A stretch of DNA of 64,000 nt from Candidatus Multivoradales bacterium (GTDB taxonomy: Bacteria > Acidobacteriota > Thermoanaerobaculia > Multivoradales > J023). Below the pieces are notes generated by a model, which had not been told where the DNA came from, made no database searches, and saw nothing but the letters and a program-made list of their open reading frames with translations. Positions 40,842-51,393 of this stretch are shown piece by piece. The stretch covers positions 1,728,001 to 1,792,000 of the forward strand of contig CBDFLE010000006.1 of the NCBI GenBank assembly GCA_965248925.1. The letters are read 5' to 3'. The position numbers and the translations under genes were made by a program. How positions within the stretch are numbered: the stretch's first letter is position 1; each line of letters opens with the position of its first letter.

Positions 40842-42393
40842 CCTAAACTGAGCGGTTCTGAGCTTGAAGCAGAATAACCGAGGGGTTGATTCGGGGCGCC
40901 GAATGTGCGTTTTGCCAGAGAACGGGAAGTTTGAGTTGGTCCCACAGCACTTGCGTAACCTTGAGCGCTATCGCCCCGGCGTGGCAGACGATCTTTCCGG
41001 CCTGGTCGAAGAGCCGCCGACGGACCGTGGTCGGGTACGATTCCAAAGGGATCACTTCGGCGCTAACATCTTCCTTGAACGCCTCGAAGAGGAAGAACGC
41101 AACCAGGATGGTGAAGTAGTACGCCATGTTGGGGCCAAAACGCAGGAAAGGCAACCGCTCGCTGGCGAAGTCTTTCAGCTCGCGATGAACCAGCTCATCC
41201 GCTCCACGTCGGTGGTAAAAGCCGATCACCTTGGCTGCATCCCCGCGGTTCGCGTACCCCGCCTCGCGCAGCAACCCGTCAATGTGTTGTCCTCGCCCCA
41301 GGTTGGTATAGATCACCGTGTCCGGCCGGGCGAACGCCAGGAGTCGCTGGCGATCCTTGTAGAGCGGCTGGCAGAAGATCGCCCTTCGAGTCTGGCTCCA
41401 AGTCCCGCGTTGATCCTCGAATTCGAAGAAGCGCCACTGCTGGGGCTCTCGGGCGAGGAGCTTCCATTCCTCTTCTGGGAGTTCCTGGGCCCGGTCACGA
41501 ATTCCCTGGTACAGCTTTCCTCCGCAGACGTATCCGATCTTCAGTTCTTCACAGGCGACGAAGATCGCCTGGTCGAAAAATCCACTGTCCATGCGCAGCA
41601 TAATCGGCACATCGGCCTGGAGGTGAGTACGGATGGCGGATACCGCTTGGCGAATCATCTTGACGGCGTCGTTGCCGTAGTTGCAGTGCCGGTCACCTCG
41701 ACGGAAGACCGCATCGATGATGAATCGCCGCCAAGTCAGCTGGAGAGGCTGGAACCCCTTGACTTTCTTGTAGGTGGGCTGGACCCCATGCCGCTTGATA
41801 GCATCATCGTTGTCCATGACCATCGAATCGAGGCCCAGGACAACGACGTCAGGTGCTGCAAGGCGCAGCCGCCACACAAACAGCTCGCGCAGAAGCTTGC
41901 GAAAGAAGTGAATGACAGGGAGTGAGAAGGCTTTGAAGAACCGCTTTACAGAGTGGGAAGACAGCAACTGATGCTGGTGGCATTCGACGATGCTGGCGTA
42001 GGCCGGATCCTTCTTCAGCGCATCGAAGTAGTTGAGGTGACGACTCGTTCCATCGAGCAAGAAGAGGAAAACCTGTTGGAGATGTCGACGATCGGCAGAC
42101 CCTTGCTGCTCTTGCGCAGTCGGCCGAATAGATGCTGCAGAAGCGGTTGGATACAAATGCTGTCCAGGTATTGCACGAAAAGGTTCAGCCCTGCTCGGCC
42201 AGTCAGAGAATCGGGGGTTACCTCAATCTTGGTGATGGCGTGCAGGCTCTTCGGGGCCGTGGTAGACTTCATCTCGATCTCCCACCTGTTGGGTTGTGGC
42301 GAGTCACACCGCCAATTACTGCTAACGGTTTCAATGTCGGCAGTTTAGCACAGCAGGTGGGGGATTATTGTGGTTTAAACCGCTCAATCTAGG
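40842..42393 (-). mobile_element. IS1380-family element
   Basis: TIR CCTA(A/G)A(C/T)TGAGCGGTT; 5-bp TSD TAATA (40837-40841, 42394-42398). Confidence 0.92.
40843..42272 (-). pseudogene. IS1380 transposase, frameshifted near 42080
   Basis: LTGRAGL N-terminus in one frame; LDSMV..TYKKVKGFQP, RMDSGFF, YHRRG.DE in another. Confidence 0.85.
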
Positions 42394-43076
42394 TAATATG
42401 GACTTCGCCACAGAACCAGTCAAGCTTGAGCATTGCAGGCAGCTCACTATGCCTCCCAATGCCCCACTGATAGCCATTCTTGGCCGAATAGGCATCGACT
42501 CTCCGTACAGCGATATTACTCTCACGTATCCGGAACCCGCGACGCTCCACTTTGGGTACCTTCTCCTCCTTCAGTTGCTTGTCTTTTGTTGCACACCACC
42601 ACACCCGGGCCAGCTCCACCCCAGAAGAACTTTTTAAGATTGTTGTTCTCGGTTCAACCGTGCGCTCGGAAAGCGCCTCAGCGCTTCAACCTCTCCATCA
42701 GGCGAGACTATTCTAATCGAAAACCCCTGATACCCAGAAAAACCGTTTAGGACTCTCCGAACTCTCTCTCCAAACTCAAAACCGGGATCGATCCTGCACG
42801 GGAAATCTGTACAAGCCATGCGGACGAGTTCATCCCGAGTTAGAAGGAGTTAATCATCGACGCCACAAAGGGTAACTTGAGTGAAGTGCCGACTTCTTTC
42901 ATCCTCTTCAGTCTCGATCTTGTAGTGAGGATCGATCACTTCTTTAATGTGACTCTGCGTATCGATGGATCTACGAATGCCCGCAAAATCAATTGTCAGC
43001 TGATAGAGACGCTTATCTCCCTTGGTAGTTGACTTAATGATCAGCTTGTCACAAGCTTCGTACCCAGCCCAGATTC

Positions 43077-45605
43077 CAGACCTCCTGACCTACCCCTCCT
43101 AACCCTCTGAAAACACAGGACCGCCCCTCAGAGGTGGTGCGGACCCAAAACTGTCCGCTTTTTTCGGTGCCGAGGCATGATCGAGCATGGCACTGACGAG
43201 CGAGCACACCGTCCTGTTCCCAGACCACGCCGGGGTCCCCGATGGGGTTGTGGTGATCAACGACCGCTGCCGCCTCCAGCAGAGGGGCGGCTATCGGGTG
43301 GTGGTGGTCAGCGGCATGCCGCTCGCTCACTTCGCTGCCGGCGACAGGACAGGCGAGGCCCACGCGATGGTGAGTCTCGTTGAATTGGGCTGGGCACAGC
43401 AACGCGAGGTGGCCCTTGCGTTCGCTTGTGATGTGCGGACTGTGCGCCGGAATCAGCGCCGCTTCGAAGAAGGTGGGCTGGCTGCTCTGGGCCGGCCGCG
43501 CGGTTTTCCCCGGGGTCAGTCTCGGGTAGCGCAGGGCCGCCTGGACGCGGTCAACGGCTGGAAGGCCGAGGGTGTGTCGAATCGCGAGATTGGCCGGCGG
43601 CTGGGCATCGATGAGAAGGCCGTTCGCAAGCTCGCCAAGCGCCTGGGCTGGAAAGAGCGGTCGGTAGTGCAGATGACGATGCCCTTCGAGAGTGCGGACC
43701 CAAAACTGTCCGCCTCTGATGAGCAGCAGGTCGACGGCCCCCTGAAAACTGCGGATCTTGCGCTCGACGCTGAGGGTGGCGGTGACCCAGCGGCTGCGGA
43801 CCCAAAACTGTCCGCTTCTGCGTCCGAGCAAGATCAGGTTCCCCTCTCGCTGGACCTCGATCCAGCGGATCGCGCCAGCGATCGGCTGCTGGCGAGGCTG
43901 GGATTCCTCGATGATGCGGCGCCGATCTTCGGAGCGGCGACCCAGCTACCGGGCGCCGGTGCTCTGCTGGCGATTCCCGCCCTGGTGGACAGCGGCGTGC
44001 TCTCCATCGCGCAGGAGCTGTACGGCAGCATCGGGCCGGCCTTCTATGGGCTGCGCACCACTCTGGTAACCCTGCTGCTGATGGCACTGTTGCGGGTCAA
44101 GCGACCCGAAGGGCTCAAGGAGCGCTCACCCCGGCATTTGGGTCAGCTTCTCGGGCTCGACCGAGCGCCGGAAGTGAAAACCTTGCGCAACAAGCTCGCT
44201 CGGCTGGCCGCGCATGGCCTGGCCGCGGATCTCGGTCGCGCCCTCGCTCAGCGCCGGGTCGCCACCAGGGGCCATGCCATGGGCTTCCTCTACGTGGACG
44301 GGCATGTGCGCGCCTACCACGGTGGCCGAGAGATTCCCAAGACACACGTAGCGCGGATGCGGATCGCGATGCCGGCCACCACCGACTACTGGGTCAACGA
44401 TGCTGAGAGCGAGCCTCTCTTCGTGGTCCCCACCGAGGCCAACAAGGGGCTTGCGACGATGCTTCCCCTCATTCTCGAAGAGGTACGAAAGCTACTCGGA
44501 GACCGGCGAGTCACCGTCGTCTTCGACCGTGGGGGTTGGAGCCCGAAGCTGTTTGCGAAGCTCATCGCCAAGAAGTTCGACATCCTCACATACCGAAAGG
44601 CCCCCTTTCGTCCGGTGCCGTTGAGCAAGTTCGGGCAGATCAAGGACACGATCCACGGGCGGAAGCTCGAGTACCTCCTCGCCGATCAGCGTATCTACCT
44701 CGAGTATGGCCCGAGGAAGAAGCGCAAGCGGCTGTACCTGCGCCAGGTCACCCGCCTCTGCGACAACGGCCACCAGACGTCCATCATCACCTCCCGCCGC
44801 GACCTCTCCACACTCGAGGTCGCCTACCGCATGTTCGATCGTTGGAGGCAAGAGAACTTCTTCAAATACCTGCGCGAAGAATTCGCACTCGATGCCCTGG
44901 TGGACTATGGCACCGAGCCAGCGGACGCCGCCCGCGATGTGCCGAATCCCGAGCGCGGCAAGATCAATGCAGAGCTGCGCAAAGCTCACGCACATCTCGA
45001 GCAGCTTCGGGCCCACATCGGGATCGCTGCTCTTGAAAACCGCGAGGATCGGCGGCGCACGATGCGCGGATTCAAGATCGCCAACGCCGCCATCTCCGCC
45101 AGGGTCCGGGCAGCGATAGAGCAGATCACCGAACTCGAGAACCAGCGCGCGACCCTCCCCGTCCGCGTCCCCGTCCAAGAGGTCGTCGAAGCGGATGTCA
45201 TCAAGCTGTCCGTCGAGCGCAAGCACCTCACCGATATTCTCAAGATGGTCGCCTACCAGGCCGAAGGTGATCTTCTCCGGCTCCTATCACCCCACTACCG
45301 CCGCACCGAGCAGGAGGGACGCACCCTGATCCAAAGCGCTTTCGCGGCCGGCGGCGATATGGAGGTTACCGACACCGTGCTGCTCCTTTCCATCGACCCG
45401 CTCAGCTCTCCCCACAAGACGGCGGCGATCGCCGCCGTCTGCGAAGAACTCAACGCTACCGCCACCCACTTCCCCGGCACCGAGCTACGGATGCGGTTCG
45501 CGATCAAGAAGGCGCCACCCCGGAGCCTGGCCTTCCCAGGGCCTCGGAACACCTCCGGAGAGGCTCAACCGGACATTTGAGAAAAAGGGTATGTCAGGAG
45601 TTCTG
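43077..45605 (+). mobile_element. Large-transposase IS copy 2 (2529 bp)
   Basis: Inverted near-identical copy of 25949-28477; flanked by GATTC (43072-43076, 45606-45610). Confidence 0.93.
43187..45580 (+). CDS. 797-aa putative DDE transposase
   Basis: As copy 1; QENFFKY here vs QENFSKY in copy 1. Confidence 0.9.
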   Translation: MALTSEHTVLFPDHAGVPDGVVVINDRCRLQQRGGYRVVVVSGMPLAHFAAGDRTGEAHAMVSLVELGWAQQREVALAFACDVRTVRRNQRRFEEGGLAALGRPRGFPRGQSRVAQGRLDAVNGWKAEGVSNREIGRRLGIDEKAVRKLAKRLGWKERSVVQMTMPFESADPKLSASDEQQVDGPLKTADLALDAEGGGDPAAADPKLSASASEQDQVPLSLDLDPADRASDRLLARLGFLDDAAPIFGAATQLPGAGALLAIPALVDSGVLSIAQELYGSIGPAFYGLRTTLVTLLLMALLRVKRPEGLKERSPRHLGQLLGLDRAPEVKTLRNKLARLAAHGLAADLGRALAQRRVATRGHAMGFLYVDGHVRAYHGGREIPKTHVARMRIAMPATTDYWVNDAESEPLFVVPTEANKGLATMLPLILEEVRKLLGDRRVTVVFDRGGWSPKLFAKLIAKKFDILTYRKAPFRPVPLSKFGQIKDTIHGRKLEYLLADQRIYLEYGPRKKRKRLYLRQVTRLCDNGHQTSIITSRRDLSTLEVAYRMFDRWRQENFFKYLREEFALDALVDYGTEPADAARDVPNPERGKINAELRKAHAHLEQLRAHIGIAALENREDRRRTMRGFKIANAAISARVRAAIEQITELENQRATLPVRVPVQEVVEADVIKLSVERKHLTDILKMVAYQAEGDLLRLLSPHYRRTEQEGRTLIQSAFAAGGDMEVTDTVLLLSIDPLSSPHKTAAIAAVCEELNATATHFPGTELRMRFAIKKAPPRSLAFPGPRNTSGEAQPDI

Positions 45606-45932
45606 GATTCCGATCCCCCTAAACCCAGCCATCTCATCCTCGAGCGCCTTAGCTGACACAGCTATCCTCTTGGCCGCTCGAATACCCTCCAAGTCCATTC
45701 CAGCCCCCAGATCTGTAACCTGGAGAAGGGACTTTTCCGGGTAGGCAGTGATCGTGATTTGGGGATCTTTTGGTGGATCATCTAGCCTCAGATAGGCATC
45801 CCGAGCGTTCTGAACGTACTCACGAAGAACTGCCTCCGACGTGTAAATGCCTTTCGCGAGGTTATCTAGCAACTGACTCCCGATGTCATGCCAGTCGATC
45901 TCGTCCTCAATATGCTTCCATGCCATGTCGTT

Positions 45933-47379
45933 CTATTCCCTCCAACGATGAGTGCTCGTCCATTGCGCTGCGCGGACATCGATCCGAAGTACACCTACTG
46001 AAACGCCGACCCCGTGGGACACGACGTAAGCCCGCCCTCTCCCGCAGTGACCGACAAGCCGTGTCACTTCATTAGTGTTGTTGTTGCTCGCTTTTCTGCT
46101 CAGTCGGCGCGCCAGTCGGCCTGTCGCATCGTCAACCTGGAAGATCACCTGAGTAGCCGAGTTGCTGAATACAAGGTCATCGAAATCCTGCGGCTGTTGT
46201 GACGCGAGCAGCAGGCCTACACCGAACTTGCGGCCTTCGCGGAGCAGTCTTTCGACCGGCGATTCGTGACCAATGGCGAGCCGATGGGCTTCGTCGAGAA
46301 CCACATAGCTACAAAGTTTTGCAGGGCCTCTTGCCTCGATGAACCCGAGGAAATTCCAGAGGAGAAATTAGGCAGTAGCTCTCGCCACCGAATGCTCGAG
46401 CCCTGCGAGCTGAATGACCCATGGGGAGCCCCCTTGGAGGAATCCGCCCCAGTCCAGAGCCAAGCCACGCCGAGTAAAAACTTCGAAAACAAATAGAGTC
46501 GAGATGTGCGAGGCTGCCATACCTGCCGCGCGGTGGCCAGGGTTGTCGCGATCCCCAGCGCGAAGCTCCAAAGCCGTTCGGAGCATTGAGAAGGGGGGAG
46601 TTGGCCGGCTCCAGGTTGACGGCTCTTTCCGGCGAATTCCTGCATTCTCGAAACAGTCGAGGACAGCATCACGGATCTGTGAATGTTGCTGAACACCTAG
46701 TTTTGGATAAACCCGTTGGAAGGTATCGGCGACGCGCTGTGCCGCATTCACTGGGCCCCGGACATCGGAGTCAAACAACGCCAGCGGATTGATGGCGACA
46801 GCTTGGCTATTCACTTCAATCTGCTGAAATCGTACATGGGAAGTAACCTCGGGTGGGAGTTCGCTCTCCGCGAAGCCCTGCCCGAAGTCGAATACTAACG
46901 CGGGCAGCCCGCGCTGGGCCAACTCGGCGATCAAGCTCGTCAACAAATAGGTCTTTCCAAAACCGCTAGCGCCGCAAACAACCATGTGGGGATTCGGTGC
47001 GCCGGACGATGGCTCGGGGAACCACCACGCACGAGTCTCAGATCCTACAACCGTGCCCAAAGGGATAGCCGTCCGTCCTTGCGGCTCTTGATCGGGTGGA
47101 AGCAGATGGGGCGCAGAGGGAGCTGCTACCCGCTCGACCCCAGGCCACGTCTGTGAAACCGAGGGGCTGAGCTGCGGTGAGTGTGCTAGTGATGGAGTGA
47201 ACTCCGGTGGGCTCGACGGCAACGCAGCGTTTTCGTACGAGCCCATTGTTACGTGGGCAGCAATCGCGGCGACCTGCCCCTTGGTAACCCCCAGCCGGTC
47301 TGCGATCTCACCCTTTTGGGGAGCCAGCTGCCAACAGCTCTAGGATCTGTTCCCGCTGCATCTTGTTCAGTCGCGGCAC
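45933..47379 (-). pseudogene. HTH + HerA/FtsK-type (DptH-like) ATPase with a frameshift and in-frame TAA
   Basis: N-terminal REQILELLAAG..EIADRLGVTKGQVAA (frameshift ~47315); NPHMVVCGASGFGKT; ATA*FLLWN (46368-46370); VLDEAHRL, LREGRKFGVGLLLASQ. Confidence 0.82.
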
Positions 47380-47678
47380 CATTCATCTCTCCGTCGGACT
47401 CTCGTGATAGCAGCCCCGCATTTGCTCCGGTGGGCCGAAACTGTGCCTCGGCAGCTGTCGCTCCTACGGTGTGAGGATCCGGCCGCTCCGTGGAAGGTTG
47501 CGCCCCAGGGGCCTAGAGTACCCCATCGAGGGCGCTACACTCGACTCTGGAACTGCCTGGCTTGCCACCCCCTGAACCTCGCACCCGATTTTAGCGGAAG
47601 GCTTCCCTCTGGGAACCAAGGAGGCCAGCCAGGCGACTCAGCCCAAGGTCTTGGCCCATCTTTTCCCGCTATTCAGTC

Positions 47679-48049
47679 CTAGAAGCTGATAGGTAGATAG
47701 ATCATCCGGTTGATGTACTCGGTGGGTTCCGAAACACTGTAGATCAAGAGCAGCTCATCGCGGGTGTCCTTGATGGTCATCGACGGATTGAGAATGAAGA
47801 TTCCCGGCATCTGCCGTCCAGCGCTGGCGTGATCTTGGAGATGGACAGGCATCGACGCTCGGTTGTTCGTTACCAACACGAAAAAGTTGGCTTCACACCA
47901 GACCAGAATCTCCGCGTCCAGGGTCCCGTGTCCGGGCGCTCCAGGGTCGCCGTCCACCCAGACGGTCGTATCTGGGGATTGGCCTGCTCCAATGCCCTGC
48001 GAAGACGAGGATTGACGTTCTCGTCCAGCAGGTACCTGATCTCGTTCAC
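47679..48049 (-). pseudogene. DUF5615/VapC45-like PIN toxin, frameshifted
   Basis: IRYLLDENV.., GTLDAEILVWCE..VLVTNNRASM; frameshift near 47960. Confidence 0.78.
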
Positions 48050-48384
48050 GGAGATCCCGTTACCGGCGCTCGTCGAGCGTTACGTTCCTGCCGAATCATG
48101 CGCAGCCGAAGCATCGGTGGTGTGGAGTTCTGGGCCTGCCGGGCGCGCATCTTCTGGCCGTGCTCAAGCCACCGTTCCAGATAGGCGTTGACTTCTTTCT
48201 GGTTGTGGAGGTAGTACGTAACCGTCGCGTAGACCTTCTCTCGATCGAGGGAAGGATAGCTGCGGGTGATCGTCTCGGGGGATTAACTGCGATGGATGAA
48301 ATCGTAGAGGACGGAGTCGATACCGATTCGCGTCCATTTGATCCTAATATCTTCCGCGGTGAAGAAGTCGAAGTCAAGCTGCAT
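48046..48384 (-). pseudogene. DUF433 antitoxin with in-frame TAA
   Basis: DIRIKWTRIGIDSVL..HRS*SPETI..YPSL..EKVYATVTYYL; TAA at 48283-48285. Confidence 0.78.
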
Positions 48385-48555
48385 GGCTGGCTCCCGCCAC
48401 TTAGGGCGTCATCATGCGCGCAGCCCAAGCGGCACTGCAATCCTACTGTATCCTCTGGTGCCGTAGAGTCAGAAACGGAGTCCCAGCTCCCTGCTTGAAG
48501 AAATCCACAAAGAGATTTAGAATCGGCTTCGAATTCAGCCCTTCGAGGAACTCTC

Positions 48556-48834
48556 ATGAGGCCCCTACAGATCTCCCAGGACATCGTCCCCCTGGCTCGT
48601 TTCAAGACCCAAGCGTCGCTCATCCTCCGCCAGTTACACCAGGAGCAGCGGCCCGTCGTGATCACCCAGAACGGTCAGCCAGCCGCTGTGCTGATCACCC
48701 CGGAGGAGTTCGACCGCTTGCTGGAGCATGACCGCTTCCTGGCCGCGATTCAGGTAGGACTGGCGGATTCAGAGGCCGACAGGCTGATCGACGACGAAGC
48801 GGTGGCGGCGGAACTCGGTATTCTCGACTCGTGA
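48556..48834 (+). CDS. Phd/YefM family antitoxin
   Basis: DIVPLARFK, PVVITQNGQPAAVLI. Confidence 0.9.
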   Translation: MRPLQISQDIVPLARFKTQASLILRQLHQEQRPVVITQNGQPAAVLITPEEFDRLLEHDRFLAAIQVGLADSEADRLIDDEAVAAELGILDS

Positions 48835-49133
48835 AGCTTCTTTGGACCGAACGATCGCGGGCCGATTTACTCGAAATCCGTCGCTTCATCGCCCGCGACA
48901 AACCTGGCGCAGCAAGCGATTGGCTGGCTAGGCTCCGGCAGCGAGCGCTACAGGCCGCGGAGCTGCCATCCTCGGGCCGCAGTGTTCCTGAGCTTGGCCG
49001 TGAGGACATTCGAGAGATCCTGGAACGTGACTATCGCATCGTCTATCGCGTCTTGGAGGATGAGATTCACGTTCTGACGGTCTTCGAAGGACACCAGAGA
49101 CTGCGGCTGGAAGAGCTGGATGACTCCGAGTAG
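48831..49133 (+). CDS. RelE/ParE family toxin
   Basis: WT..SRADL.EI..FIA.D, GRSVPE, YRIVYRV; GTGA overlap with the antitoxin. Confidence 0.9.
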   Translation: MKLLWTERSRADLLEIRRFIARDKPGAASDWLARLRQRALQAAELPSSGRSVPELGREDIREILERDYRIVYRVLEDEIHVLTVFEGHQRLRLEELDDSE

Positions 49134-49225
49134 CGTGGCGAGCACACTCGATGCCACACAGCTGACAGCACCGGACTCTCCGCCCACCACTGCTTCATCC
49201 AATTGCCAATGTAGAGCCAACCAGG

Positions 49226-50494
49226 TCAGAGCTGGCCATCGCTCCTGAGCGCCGCGATCTCGGCCTGGATTGCTGGATCGGCGTAGCGACTTGGGTGGAA
49301 ATTTCTGGCGTAGGCGGGCAAGGAGCCCCCCATCATCCAATCCGCGCACAGCTCGCCAGCAGCGCAGGCACACATGGTGCCATAGCCTGAGAGCGCCGCC
49401 ACGAGGTATAAATCCGCAGGCTCCAGAGGCCCGATCAGCGGCCAGTTCTCACGGGTGCGGGTGTAATACCCCGCGTATTGCACGACCGGGGTGGGAGTTC
49501 GGTCGACGTAGCGGCCCAGCGCCGGGATAAACCGGCTAGCGCCCCGCAGGACGATATTCGGGAAAGCGATGTCATCTTGCGGCTGCCACTTCGGGTCCTC
49601 CGGCGTACGGTTATAGGCCCAACCTAGCTTGATCTGGGCGGTAGATTCAGGTTTGACGTGCAATCCGGCAGGCAGCTCGCCCAACAACCAGCGGTACTCG
49701 GGGTCGGCTTCGAAAAGCTCACGCTCTTCGTCGCTCCAACGCAACGTCTGAGGATCGGCAAAGATGGTGAATGGCAGATCCCTAGGAATGATCTGGTCCG
49801 GATCAGGAATGACGATCTTGCGCTGCAGGAAAGACTGTACCGGCAGATCGATATCCAGCATTCCGGCCAGCTCCTGGACGAATGGTCCGGAGGCAAGAAC
49901 CAGCCGGTTGGCTACAATCGTTGCGCTGCCGTCAACCGTCGTCAGGCGCAAGGAGTAGCCGGCCGAGCCCCGCTCAATCCCCTCGACCGTGCCCTGAAGC
50001 AGCTCCAGACCGAGGCCCCTCGCCCGCGACAGCAGCAAGGAGCCCAGCGCGTAAACATCGAAAGCGCCGGCGCGATCGATGCGCACAACTTGTCGAATCG
50101 TCTCGGCCAGATAGGGATGCTGGCGGCGAATCGCCGCGGCGTCGCGAATTTGCTCAATGCCCGACCGCGGGCGCCGCAGATGCTCCGAAGGGAAGACCTG
50201 CCGGTCTTTCGACTCGCTGACGAAGGCATAGCCGAACCACCGCATATCGAAGGCGTTATCGGTCTCCTCGGCAAGCTCCTGCATCAAGTCCAGGCTGTGG
50301 CCGGCGAACGATGCCATGCAGGGCTGGGGCCAATAGTCACGGAAATTCTCGCCCGACTTGCTGGTGGTTAGCGACATCGGCAACAGCTTGTCGATCAAGA
50401 CGATCCGTCTCTGGCCATATTTGGCCGCCAGGTAGTAGGCGGTCGCGATGCCGGCGATGCCGGCGCCGCAGATAGCGACCTCAGCTCGTTCCAT
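49226..50494 (-). CDS. FAD-dependent oxidoreductase (DAO/sarcosine oxidase beta-like)
   Basis: ICGAGIAG Rossmann motif, GYYT.T.ENWPLIG, ALSGYG. Confidence 0.88.
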   Translation of the reverse strand: MERAEVAICGAGIAGIATAYYLAAKYGQRRIVLIDKLLPMSLTTSKSGENFRDYWPQPCMASFAGHSLDLMQELAEETDNAFDMRWFGYAFVSESKDRQVFPSEHLRRPRSGIEQIRDAAAIRRQHPYLAETIRQVVRIDRAGAFDVYALGSLLLSRARGLGLELLQGTVEGIERGSAGYSLRLTTVDGSATIVANRLVLASGPFVQELAGMLDIDLPVQSFLQRKIVIPDPDQIIPRDLPFTIFADPQTLRWSDEERELFEADPEYRWLLGELPAGLHVKPESTAQIKLGWAYNRTPEDPKWQPQDDIAFPNIVLRGASRFIPALGRYVDRTPTPVVQYAGYYTRTRENWPLIGPLEPADLYLVAALSGYGTMCACAAGELCADWMMGGSLPAYARNFHPSRYADPAIQAEIAALRSDGQL

Positions 50495-50590
50495 CCACCC
50501 AGGATCGCACATCTTCGGCGATCCGTGTCGCTACCAATCTGGCACAGGTAAGATCTGACCCACCGACTCATCAACCGACAGGAGCCCCCC

Positions 50591-51346
50591 TTGATTCAAT
50601 CCGAGCAACGCGACTCGATCACCATCCTGCGCATCGAGCACGGCAAGGCCAACGCGGTCGACACCGAGCTGTTTCACGCTCTCGACGCGGCCTTCGATCA
50701 GGCGGTGGATGCAGACACCCGGGCCATCGTCTTGACCGGCAATGGCAAGCTGTTCTCGGCTGGTGTCGATCTCTTCCAGGTCTTGGCGGGGGGCAGCGGC
50801 TACCTGCGCCACTTCCTGCCGGTGTTATCGGCCAGCGTGCAGAAAGTCTTCACCTTGCCCCTGCCGGTGGTGGCGGCGGTCGATGGCCACGCCCTGGCCG
50901 GTGGCTGCATCCTGGCGGCAGCCTGCGATCGTCGGGTGATGAGCCGGGGCAAAGGCAAGATCGGGGTCACCGAGCTGGCGGTCGGAGTGCCCTATCCGGT
51001 GATGGCGCTCGAAGCTCTGCGCTGGCTGCTGCCCCATCACCTGGTGCAGGACTTGGTCTACTCGGGTCGCATGCTCGACACCGAGCAAGCGCTGGCCTGC
51101 GGGCTGGTGGACGAGCTTGCCGAGGACCCCGCGGCGACTCTCGACAGGGCGATCGAGATCGCCCGGAGCTACGCCCGCATACCGCGCGACAGCTTCGCAC
51201 TGACCAAGCGCCAGCTACGCCAACCGGCGGTGGATCGTACCGCCGCCATGGCGGCCCTCGACGACGAGGTGGTGGAAGTCTGGAGCCGGCCCGAGACCCT
51301 CGACATCATCCGCCGGTTCTTGGAAAAGACGGTCGGCCGCAAGTAG
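50591..51346 (+). CDS. Enoyl-CoA hydratase/isomerase family protein
   Basis: FSAGVDL, PVVAAVDGHALAGGC, GLVDE. Confidence 0.92.
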   Translation: MIQSEQRDSITILRIEHGKANAVDTELFHALDAAFDQAVDADTRAIVLTGNGKLFSAGVDLFQVLAGGSGYLRHFLPVLSASVQKVFTLPLPVVAAVDGHALAGGCILAAACDRRVMSRGKGKIGVTELAVGVPYPVMALEALRWLLPHHLVQDLVYSGRMLDTEQALACGLVDELAEDPAATLDRAIEIARSYARIPRDSFALTKRQLRQPAVDRTAAMAALDDEVVEVWSRPETLDIIRRFLEKTVGRK

Positions 51347-51393
51347 GCCTGGCACGCCGGGGGTGAGTTTCAGCGCCAGCACGGCGGGCGGGC

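Larger units (their letters stand above)
40136..45926 (-). pseudogene. GHKL (HSP90/MORC-like) ATPase gene split by two ISs, with a stop and a frameshift (~566 aa reconstructed)
   Basis: LREYVQNARDA, VTDLGAGM, GFRGIGI|WAG and WFCGEVHIT|NPSIRPDTPRDALE join in frame across the ISs; TAA at 42850-42852; frameshift near 42660. Confidence 0.85.

Noticed and set aside
25949-45605. Composite transposon or inversion formed by the two inverted IS copies
   Set aside because: Each copy has its own matching TSD and the interrupted genes rejoin in frame locally, so they are independent insertions.
45933-47379. Bona fide dptH of a Dnd phosphorothioate restriction system
   Set aside because: Far shorter than DptH, has an N-terminal HTH, and no dndBCDE/dptFG genes are in the window; only the ATPase domain is similar.
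32726-48285. TAA stop-codon reassignment or readthrough explaining the four in-frame TAAs
   Set aside because: The contexts suggest different original residues (probably Y, E, Q); several of the same genes also carry frameshifts or ISs; TAA ends normal genes here (10563, 19655, 21523, 21999).
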